Part shown: piece by piece, positions 53,330 to 64,000 of the stretch
How the letters are laid out: the number at the start of each line of letters is the position of its first letter
How positions within the stretch are numbered: position 1 is the stretch's first letter
DNA from: Strigamia acuminata
Taxonomy: Eukaryota
DNA: 64,000 bases
Assembly: GCA_949358305.1 (NCBI GenBank)
Contig: OX442314.1
Location: 18,910,001-18,974,000 of the forward strand
Direction: 5' to 3'
Translations under genes and position numbers: made by a program
The notes under the pieces: generated by a model
Told to the model about the DNA's origin: nothing
Database searches by the model: none
What the model saw: the letters and a program-made list of their open reading frames with translations, nothing else

Positions 53330-54170
53330 ATGATACACTTTTAAATCAACTTTATCCTGGCCACATATTGATGAATAAAATGATAAGAAGAAAGGTAAGC
53401 TGTTTCGTAGTGACATCTGTTGAGTCATATCTGTTTCACCATTTTGGCGAATCGATTTTTCAGTGTTAGTCTCTCAGGGCAAGTTAAAAAAAAAAAATTA
53501 GGAAAAATCCGTAACGATAAAATGTGGCCATGTTTTTTAATATTGACTTCTCACTATTTATTACCATTAACACTTTTTTTTCGTAAAATTATCATCGTTT
53601 AGAAAATGTAAGAAGAAAATACATTTTTTTTGTTGAAACCATTTGTTACCATTTGTGGACGTGAAAATTGTTAATGATAATTAATAGGTCAATATTTTAA
53701 ATGCTCTTATGTCTTGACAAAAATTTCTACATCGAGCAATTCAAACTAAAGAAAAAAAATCAGTGTTTATATTAGATTTACCGATTTTGGAATGATGGTC
53801 AAACTTACATTTTATTATTTTAAATAAGCTTTTTTTTGGGAGTTTGGTATTTTCATTTTTAGAAGTCTTAAATGACTATATACAGATAAAGTTCGATTTA
53901 AAAGAAGGCAAAATCTTTTTAACAGACTCTTTTTTTATTTTATAGGTTTCTCCTTCCTATTTCAAATCAATGGATTCTTTAAGCGGAATAACATTCGGTA
54001 AAAAAAAGAGATACGACTCTCTGTCCGGAATGTCGTTCGGTGAAGACAAAAGGTTAGATTCATTAAGTGGACTAACCTTTGGATCACCAATGCGCAGAAG
54101 ATCTGTTAAATCCACGTACCATACAGGAAGTGAAAACAGATATGTTAATACTAATAAGTTTCATTACTAA
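53330..54170 (+). CDS. Orcokinin: Downstream or alternative orcokinin exons encoding DSLSGxxFG peptides
   Basis: Exon 53330-53394 (phase 1 in, phase 0 out; DDTLLNQLYPGHILMNKMIRRK) and exon 53946-54170 (…SMDSLSGITFGKKKRYDSLSGMSFGEDKRLDSLSGLTFGSPMRRR…). Compatible with the phase-1 donor at 51488. Confidence 0.8.
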
Positions 54171-55835
54171 AAATATACTTTTAATAGCAGTAGAACAATG
54201 TACAGAATCCTATCACTTTGCAATGCTCATACGAAAAAAAAAAGGATTAATTTATTAGTACAATCATTAATGTAATGCAAAACTATCAATAAATATATTG
54301 AGACACAAAGTTAATACCTGCAATGCTATTACTCAAACCCAAGTTCTCACCATTGAAAAACAGACAACAAAAAACGAATTTTCTAGATTGATTTGCAATC
54401 AATCTGTTGCCACTGCAATTGTGTTTACAAGAACTATAAACTTCCTCCTACATCTCAGCCAGCCAAGTGATGTGATCCCCTGCTGTTCATTTCTGGAATT
54501 TCGTTGCTCTTTTACTTACAGTTAATCTAAAACAACCTCATTTGTAAACAAAGCAAGGAAACTGAATATAATCAGGAGAGCTTATATTAACTCACGAAAG
54601 CTAATACGAATTACTTCGATGTAAGAAAAATGGTTATAAATGTAGGTATAAATAAGCATAAGCATAACCGTAACCATAAGGTATGATTACTTTTCTTGGA
54701 GTAAGTAATTAAAATATAATTATGTTTGAATTGCGTCTTGTTATTGTGTAAATGCAACTGTACCTTGCCGAGGAAAGAAATGTAGACCCAACTTAACCTT
54801 TATCTCTTGAAAACAAAGAATGTCTTGTAACTTAGGTAAGTAAAACAATGAAATACAATTGGTAGCAGAAAATTAAACACGATTCACCTAGCTAAATCTT
54901 TGGAAAGAAAGGTTAATTCGGAGTCTGCGCACTGGCCCAGGAGAGAATTTGTCTGAGCATTGTGCGTGGGAGGAGACGTGTAGGAGGGCAAAAAGTACAC
55001 TATATGAGATTTTTTTTCGGTGTATTTAAAGCTTCATGCCTGGGTGAGAGAAACCCATGGTCTGCAGAACAGTCCAGGTGCAGAATCAAAGAGCTAATAG
55101 GTAAGTGCAATTTTATCAATTTAGAATCTCAATTTATGACATCTTTAAAACGAGTATAACGTGGTGCAGGTCTGTAGTTTATAACAATTATTTAAGAATT
55201 ACGAATAATTTTAAACAAATTTTAATTAGAAATTTTAATGGTTTTTAATTAGATTGGATTTGAGTTGAGGGATAAAAGATAAAGCAGTTCTAGATATATC
55301 CGCACTAAAGGCATTTGAAGGATAAAACCAAATAGACCACTAGTAAAATCTATTTTGATTTGTCATAATCGTAAAAGTTGATTTGTCGTTTAATCACAGC
55401 AGGCAGGAGCCAGCAATAGTAACATGAACGTAATTAGTAAGGGCTCAATGCGTCTCCGGATAGCAATGAACTATAGAAGGAAGTTGAAATGTGTCAATTG
55501 TAATGTATATTTATATTTAATAATCTCCATTTACCAATTTAATTCATTTGCCTAGTGAATTGTGCAATTTTTCTATTTTTTTTTATTAAATAAAAATCGT
55601 ATGTACATTTTTATGAGAGTGAAATATATCAGTTTGTATACAATTCTATTTCATAAGTGTTGTTTACTTTATTTGACAAAATGTCAAGTAAAGTTGTATG
55701 GCTTTCATTCAATTATTGGTTGCGGTTAACCGTTATTAATATATTTCAAATTTGTTTTTTTCATGTGATAAATTACGTATTGACTGACGTACCTATGTGG
55801 GCAAAGAATTAATTGGTTGATTTTTTGTTCAAAGG

Positions 55836-57040
55836 ATGTTTTTTCATCATTCTAAGAGAGTGTTGAATCTACTACTCGTATTTATAATAAGTACAACAAT
55901 AGCTGAAAAGTCTTCAAGATATCGTCGTACGTTTCTCGGAGAAGATACTAAATTAGATGTTTTGTCACTTGGACAAAGTTGCACAATTCGCAGTATTGCA
56001 TCAATGGTCAGTGTAAAAGAATTGAGCATTATAGTTAAAATGATGGCCAACGAAAAAAATGCTTCACCTACTGAAATTGTTAAAGAATTGGAAATGAAAT
56101 TGCAACAACGCCGTCCATTACCAGTAAGTACAAAAAAGGCTTACACCTAACACCCATTGTGAATTCGCATAACAAAACACACTGTCGGGCTTAGTTTAAC
56201 CTATTTATAGACACATCACAGATTTTACCTTTTGAAGTAACTGTATAAACCAACTAAATTCAAAAATATGTTTCAGTCGTGTTTAAACCTGAGTTTTCTA
56301 TTTACTGTACGAATTTACAATTGTTTCTTAATTATTTCTGATATTTTAAAATTGGGTTGATTATTTTATTTGATTGTTGATTTTATACTTATTTACTGTT
56401 TTATTACACTTTAACTTAGCCACATTTTCAACTTCCACGGTCCAATCAGTCTACAATTGCTTCCTTGACTCAAGCATCTTCTGTTGTTAAAAAGAACAAC
56501 ACATTTGATGAAATTTGGAAACTCATACATTCCTCTGGCCCAAGACCAAGACCCCCAATTAAGTCAATTCCACCAGTAATAATTTGCAACATTAAAAAGA
56601 AAACTTTTCTTCATCACTAACAATTTTATTTTAGCCTGATGCAAGTGTATCAATATTCAAAGGAAATACTTTCAATCCAATTAAACCACCAATATTCTTC
56701 TCCGTGACCCCAATGATGAATGTTTTTGATGCACTGCACCAATTATCTCGACAAAATCGCAATCCTGTTTTGGTAAAAATTAAAGAATCGCCATTGGGAC
56801 ATTGCTTGACTATTGATAAAATTGAAGACTACCAGCAAAATTCTCAATTTTATTGGGATATTCTTATAATGGATAGAGAAAACACGGTACATTTAGATTT
56901 TTACGAAAATAAATCCTACTTGAATTAATTATTGTATTGCTTTACAGTTGATGAAACATGGTCAGTGTATTCCTAGCCCAGAAGAATTCTCTGTTCTGCC
57001 TGGAACTCGAATTTATTTAGTATACACGCGTAGAATGTAA
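55836..57040 (+). CDS. Secreted protein, about 262 aa, with a C-terminal transcobalamin/DUF4430-like beta-grasp domain
   Basis: Exons 55836-56123, 56420-56575, 56635-56886 and 56948-57040, all phase 0. Signal peptide then RYRR. A likely non-coding exon ends at the AG|gtaagt donor near 55100. The domain call is by motif resemblance only. Confidence 0.7.
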
Positions 57041-57482
57041 GCAAGTTATTAGAATATGGTAATCATTTTATTGTCAGACTAAGACTTAAATTGAAAATAA
57101 AATCTGAACTCATTAAGTACATAACTTAATTTATAAATGTAATTTTTTTTAAGTTTATTTGTTAAGTCACCATTTACAGATGATTCAACTGTTTTTCGTA
57201 AGTATCCTTTACAAAGAAAAAAAAAGAAGAAAAATATTCTACAAGATGCTCGTGTTTGTCTCGCATAGATAATAATTAAATACGTACGTTAAGTCAAGCA
57301 CATTGTACAGAATACATTTGGACAATATCATGAACAATACTTAAAAAAACCGACGACTTTAAATAGACTACTTTTACGAACCACTATATACTTTAAAACG
57401 ATAACTTGTTTGTACGAAACTTTACATGTCAATGTGATGAGATGAACATTTATTTATTCCATTTTGTATGATTGTGGTTTAA

Positions 57483-60400
57483 TCACCATACACTGCATTT
57501 CTTTAATGGGTTCATTGGTGAGCCTTTGGGACACTGGAAATCTTCGGCAAATGCTGGAAGATTAGACATAGGTCCGTTTACCCTAACATTAGAAAAATAA
57601 ACATTATTAATACCGTGACTTTCTGTAATTCAAAATTCAAATGAAGCGACAAATTCATTTCTTTGGTGGTTATTAATTTTTTTCTATAACATGTTATAGG
57701 TGAAATTGTTGCTTCATTGGAAAAATGAGTTGTCAATACCTAAATCTAGAGGGACTATGAACCCCAGTCACAACCCTGACTGCTAAAGCTTGAGGTCTTT
57801 CTTTACTGCACCAAACCTGTTAGAAATTATTTGTTGTAAAATACACAAAATCTTTAACTTAGGGCTCACGTTTGCAGAACTTAGCCAAAATAGTTGACGT
57901 TGATTTAACGTAAGACCAGGTAAAAGCGGTTCTGAACCTTGTTTTAGTGACCAGGTTTGATAAGCACGATATGCTTCTTTGAGTCCACCATTATCAGCAA
58001 TATTTTCACCTTGAGTGTTGATGCCATTTACCTATTAGAAACAATAATCAATAAGTAGATAAAATCAAGAATGTTAAAAAGGTACTTACTTTCATTCCAT
58101 TTTCTGGCACTGTGTAATTACTGTACTGATCAATAATACATTTAACTCGGTTATCAAACATGCCGTCAGTCGCTTTATCCCACCAATTTTTAAGGTTGCC
58201 ATCTTTGTCGAATTGTCGACCTAAAAGAATGTGCGTAAATTTTAATGTAAGCCAATGGCAGCTGAAATCAAGTTACCTTGATCATCGAAACCGTGAGTTA
58301 TTTCATGGCCAATAACAAACCCAATGCCTCCATAATTCAGATACCGTGGTCGATCACTTGCAAAGAAGACACCTTGCAGAATGCCAGCAGGAAAATCTAT
58401 TAAAAAATAAACAAGTAAGCATTTATTCATTTCAGTTTAAAATATTTTTTTTAATGTTTTCTTCTTGCTATCGCTAAATATAAACAAGTTTTATAAATCG
58501 GAGCCCCGTCAAATCACTTGCCCGCATAATTTCACTTTTTTTCGTACACAGAAGCCAGGAAATGTTTCTAAAAATTTTTTCTTCCATTCTTTTCCCGATG
58601 TTAAAATAAAATTGTGTCAGAACCAGCTGCAGTCAAGTACATTTACAACACAACATTAAACTTAGATAAAACAAGACATAAAATCTGATGTGTTATCTTT
58701 ATCTGACACACGGTAGCGCCATCTGTACTAACATAAAGACAACATGGCAACCAAAACCCAGGTCAAATTAAGTAACATGTGCTTATCATCTTCAAGGTAA
58801 TTTTTAAGTGATGGAACCAAGCAAAGCTGCTAAATTTTTATGTAACTTTAAACCGTACAATTTCTAAACACAGAATTAACCTTAAAAATGCTATGCGATG
58901 TGTAATAGAACCATAAAATCCACCTACATATACTGTTATCGGGTGGGTTGTAATAAGCATTAACTTCGGCAGCTTCTCCATGGTTCTTCCAGCTACAATG
59001 ATTATAAAATAAAATTCCACTTCAAGTTATGCAGAAAGGAAAATCTTAACTTACTCAGTTTTATTCACTGGTTTTCGCAGTAAACTATATGAAAAATTAG
59101 CAGCGTATCTTCTAATGGACATTAAATTAGCAAAATGGTCGTCTGAAGTGATCGTGATCTATTTAAAAATTATTATTATTTTATTATTTAAAAAATCACT
59201 TAGGTTGGATATGTTCCGTACATTTTTATACAGGCCGTCCAGCAGCCTATTATCAAGCAATTCATCTGGATAAGCAACATGTTTTGTAATTCCAGTTAAC
59301 TGAAAGGGAAAAAAAGAAAGTGATGTTTATCAATACATTTCCAGTAGCAAGCTTACTTTATCTTGTGCTTTTTCTTTTGTTACTGGATCCATCCAGGTTA
59401 CTTCTTCTAAAATCTTTCTAAATTCATCACGAATTCCATCAACCATTTCTAAAGCCTGTTTATAAAACGACACAATTAAATACTTTCCTGGAACTATAAG
59501 GACAGATTTGACCCTTGTTTGACACACTTTGAACTTACAGACACTTTAGCTTCCTGCTTGAAATATTTCCTCACGTACATGGACCCAAGTGCCACTGGCA
59601 TAGCGGAACTTGAAACACTCATACATTGTAACCACCTGAAAACATCACAGTTTATTGCAAATTTTGCAGTAGTTAATGCATTTCATACCTAGCAGTTTCT
59701 TGTGTTTGGCCTGTTAAAGTTGTAACATATTCCATTCGAACTGCTCTGAATCTCTTGTCCAAGTGACCAATATTATTTAAAGCCACACGCCACATGATAT
59801 AATTAGCAATAACCCTAAAAAATACGATAAAAAGGAAGCTGTTAATACTTTATATTACTTTACAATGAATGGCCTTAGTGACATCCAAGGGGGGCTCACT
59901 TGCACCACCTTTGGCTGGTTAGGTTAAGGTTACATTGCCAGCGCTCATGATAACGTCAACAACTAACACTGCAATAAATGCAGCGCTTGGATATATGCAG
60001 AATCTGCAAATATCCAAGTGTAATAATAGTGCTACTAGCAGCTAATTTTGCGCAGGTCGGTTTACTGGTTTTTTTGGGCACACTGATGCAAACTCAGAAA
60101 AGAGAGTGAGATTAATTACCTTTTAGATGTATTGTTTATGAAATCTAATGCTTTAGTTATGTAAGCCGGCACGTTAACTATAACTGGTTCGTTGGAATCA
60201 ATTTCATAGGGTAGTATTGTGTTGAAATATTCCAACCAATCTACATGAGAACTAAGTTGGTATAAATCAGAAACTTTCATTTTGTGGTACAGTTTAGTGA
60301 AGTTCCTTCTTTCTTCTCTGGGTAGTGAAAACTGAAAGCAGGAAAATAAACAATTATATACACATAGTACCATATACATAAATTAAAATTTTAATATTCA

Positions 60401-63400
60401 AACATACATTAGCTAATTGAGTTTCAAACTGCAATGATTCTTTCAGTTGCTGTTGTGCATCAGTTTTCGTGGCTCCAAGTAATACTGCTACATTTACCAT
60501 TAAATTATAATAAGCTTGTACAAGCGAATCGTTAAAACCCTTCAGTAAGTATGCCCGGTCTGGCATTCCAAATACTGGCTGATCCAACTAAAAACGAAAA
60601 CATGGAAATTGTTGGAAACATTCAAAAAATCAATCAATAAACCATTAATATCGTAGTTTGAGGCAGGCAATTTTTTGTTATAAGAACGAGGAGGTGATAT
60701 TGAGGAGGAATATCGGCCCGGGCATTTTTCTAAAATTCGGCTCATTTATTGTTATTATGTTTTATTGAAAAATCGGCTAGAAAATTTCAATAGACGGTTG
60801 TGTCTATGGGCAGTCAGTTCTTCGATCGCCCGACCGGTTAATCGGTCCTTGATAAAAACTCCTGTGTTGCTGTATACGTCTTCAGAAGAATACTCACATG
60901 TCTCGCACTAAAGTGATAGAATGGTGCAACTAATCTAATTCACTCGTTTTTCCATATTACCGTCACTTGCAATTACCACAGCTGCAAGCCCAAGTGTGTC
61001 AAGAAATTAAGTTGGTCTTGTTACAGTAGGGGGGTGCACATCTCGCGCGTATCAATTTACCGCGACCTCGATGTAGCGCTACCAAACTAATTTTGCGTTC
61101 TGACATCGATTTAGCGCGGCTTAATTTTGCGCGCATCGAAGTACAGCGGCTAGTAGTACCGCGTCTACTGCATCCACCATGAATATATATATATATTTTT
61201 GTGTTTGTTGTTATAAATGTTTTGTAACATTGGAATAAATAAATAAATAAATAAAATCTTGTTATTTTGTAAGTTTGAAAATGTAAGGATGCTGCAGTGA
61301 AGCACTAAGTTATGGAATTATTTTGAGGACAATTTTGAAAATGAGTCATTGTAAACGTCGGATAAACGTATAGCATGCACGTTCCTCTCGATGTGCAGCT
61401 ATTGACTACATAAATAAAGGGCTGCCGCATCAAGTGGGATCAATTATTCTTCTATCATTCAACATGAATGTTCCAGGTAGGCTAAGTTCAACCAACATGC
61501 AACTATTCAACGGTTTCGTTTCCGTCGAGATGGGCAGAAAATGGGTGTGCGTATTACAGTTGTGTATGCGAATAAACGTTTTGTCCTGCACGTGGTGTCC
61601 AGAACGATGGTGTATTCGAATTACATAAGCAACACAATCACTGGGATGATGCGGGAGACGAAGAAAGGCACACCATTTTACATAATTGTAAGAAACGGGC
61701 ATGAGAAACCATCGAAGGAAATTTTGTCACCACCACTGGATTCAATTTGCCGCAATTAAACCGATTTTTAGCTTACATAGTTTTGGGTGCACGTAATAAC
61801 TCCAGAAGTATTTTCAGTTTATTCATTAACTAGATGCACAAACAAGGACATGGAAAGTTTCTACGGTAGTTTGCAAAATTGCATTGGAGTTCATGAGAAT
61901 GTTTGGGTATTTCTTGCAAAGCTTTGTTATATGGAAATGGCGATGAGACAAGGCTACCAGCTGAGGAGAATCAATATGCCGTAAGAGAAAGAAGAAGTAC
62001 ACCTCATCCGATGCAGCAATCGTCGTTTGAGGACGGAGAGCACGCACAAGTACGAGGGGGAGTTGCACGAGTACGAGGAGGGACGCAACCACCACCCACA
62101 CCGCCATCGCCACATAATTTCGATTCACCATCACCAAATAACTTCGATTCGCCAAATTATTTCCCTTTGCAATTGGCAGACTCTGTTGGCTTACATTCAC
62201 CAAGTTCCTTCGGGTTCTCATTGTTGCCAAATTCCTCGACTCACCATTGGCGATGCCATCACCATTGGCGACACGACACCATCTTCAGCAGGGTGTGGTC
62301 GTGGGCACAGGGGTGTTTTCTCCCCATAAAACTTTTGAATTCTTTAATTTTTGTTTATGTTTGGTGTTATTTTGTATTTTTGGGTTTTTTGAGTATTTTT
62401 TATGCAATTTATTTTTAATAAACAGTTAAACTAAAAAAATATATGAATTAATTAATTAATCTAAATGTTCATTTAGATTAATAAACGTGTTAATGGACTT
62501 ATTTCCAGTACGTCAGTGGACGTCCCTAAACAATTACTGTGAATTCGCTGTATAGTGAGTTGCACTCGTTTGGGTTGCGATTGGTTGATTTGTGATATTC
62601 CTTTTTTGCGCAAAATCGAGTTGCGTAATCTATTTACGCGCTAGATGACACTCCCCTTCCCTATTATTTATCTGTTGCCTAGTAATTTTAATTCAGAACG
62701 GCATTACGTTTCCAAATATTTTACTGGAACAGCGTTTCGGAGAGTTTTGACTTCAGTAAAAAAAAAATAAATAAATCTAAAGACACCTTTAAAGTCTTTC
62801 AAACAGACCAACAAGCCTAATACGACTTTTCTCTCCCTTTCCCGACCCGCCGTTTTATCCACTTTATTGTCCATTCTACCACAACTATAAGGAAATATGC
62901 TCTCTCGTAATTACCTGCGTCAAACAATAAATGAGGAAAATGAACATAGCTTACTTCAATCAAACGATAAGTTGTGTTCTTGAGGTCTTTAGAGACCGAC
63001 AAATCAAATAAATAGTCTATGGTGATGCCAGCTTCTCGAAATGAATACAATGTTGACACCCAATTGAAATTCTGTTCATTCCAGTTGTTTCCAAGAACAA
63101 CGGGCCATCCACCAACGCCGTTCATTAAATCCACCAAGGGCTTGGAACCCACTTCTTGAATTTGAGCTTAACAATGAAAATTCTATTTATCAGTATATCG
63201 ACTTTAGAATTTTTCTTGTCTTTAATAGAGTAGATTTAATCACGCAGCAGCTTTAGATCGGCTCTTTTGGCCCAAAGAATCTGACTGAGTGGCAATATTC
63301 ATGCAATTTGGTAGCCATAAAAGCCAATTGAAAGCTGCATGCGTAATTTCCTTATTTACATGTATTCATGCAAGCGCCGTATAAATCTTTTATTTTCCAG

Positions 63401-63659
63401 AAAGATTCTGGCTCCGTATCATCCTTAGGTTGTTCAATAAGAACTGATAAAAACAATTGTTTTATTATTTGGAATTGATAAATGACATTTTAATTACCCT
63501 TGAGTCTTTGTTTCAGATCTTCCTCCAGAACAACAAAAGAAGTGATTGACGTTTTATCGTCAGGGATGACTGTTCTATCCATAAAACCACCACACGCATA
63601 CTGGAAGAAGTCTTCGCATGGGTTCACCTTTTCGTCCATATTTCGAATGAGTGTTGCAG
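57483..63659 (-). CDS. Neprilysin-family (M13) zinc metallopeptidase; 5' end outside the window
   Basis: 16 in-phase exons: 63498-63659, 63360-63443, 62955-63166, 60408-60587, 60120-60331, 59689-59814, 59539-59635, 59357-59455, 59222-59299, 59055-59158, 58928-58992, 58277-58396, 58090-58220, 57870-58031, 57740-57816, 57483-57582. Motifs [35 protein letters not shown]. Confidence 0.96.
61029..62656 (+). mobile_element. Degenerate Mutator-like (MULE) element in a neprilysin intron
   Basis: Imperfect G-rich TIRs (gggggtgcacatctcgcgcgta... and ...tacgcgctagatgacactcccc). The peptide ITPEVFSVY...[14 protein letters not shown]...HENVWVFL resembles the MULE transposase C-terminus. Confidence 0.6.
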
Positions 63660-64000
63660 CTGATGAAACATGACAAGTTACAAGTATGCATTTAGATTTA
63701 TCAAACTTTTAAATGTTTTAAATAAGAAAAAAATGTGGATTAAAACTCCATGAAATTCAACTTACAAGTTAGATGAATTCAAATTATCAATAAGTGCGTT
63801 CAATTTAAAAAAGAAAAGTAAAATTTTTCTTTTTCTTTCTTTTCCACAAGGAAGAAAATGTTCCTTTGAATGTAACCATTTAATCGTTGTACAAGACAAC
63901 CAGGTAAATAAATAAATAACTTTCTGTTAATTCACGTGTCAAAACGCATCCTATTTTTATTACTGCCCCGTCAAATCTTAATGTGATGACTAATGCATGA

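Noticed and set aside
61430..62429. Cluster of overlapping ORFs as a possible nested gene in the neprilysin intron
   Set aside because: Bounded by TIRs and resembles a decayed MULE transposase.

Overview
AT-rich, intron-containing arthropod DNA (many introns of 55-75 nt; a myriapod or chelicerate is my inference, not proven). 0-12.6 kb: five tandem + strand genes for low-complexity proteins, four with visible signal peptides: one His/Pro-Gln-Ser-Ala modular gene, one orphan, and a triplicated Pro/Tyr/Gln-rich family. 13-54 kb: a neuropeptide gene cluster mostly invisible in the ORF track: allatostatin CC (-), allatostatin CCC (+), a three-exon CNMamide gene (+) and an orcokinin gene (+) with nine SFDNIGGSGLI copies plus a second DSLSGxxFG-peptide exon set. 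The same interval holds a five-exon Kazal gene with an intact BEL/Pao LTR retrotransposon inserted 108 bp upstream of its ATG. 55-64 kb: a four-exon secreted protein with a transcobalamin-like C-terminal domain, and a neprilysin (M13 peptidase) gene with 16 visible exons that continues past the window end. Copia, DIRS, MULE, Helentron-like and MITE remnants fill the gaps. All gene models were spliced by hand from GT-AG sites and reading-frame phase; none is confirmed by transcripts.
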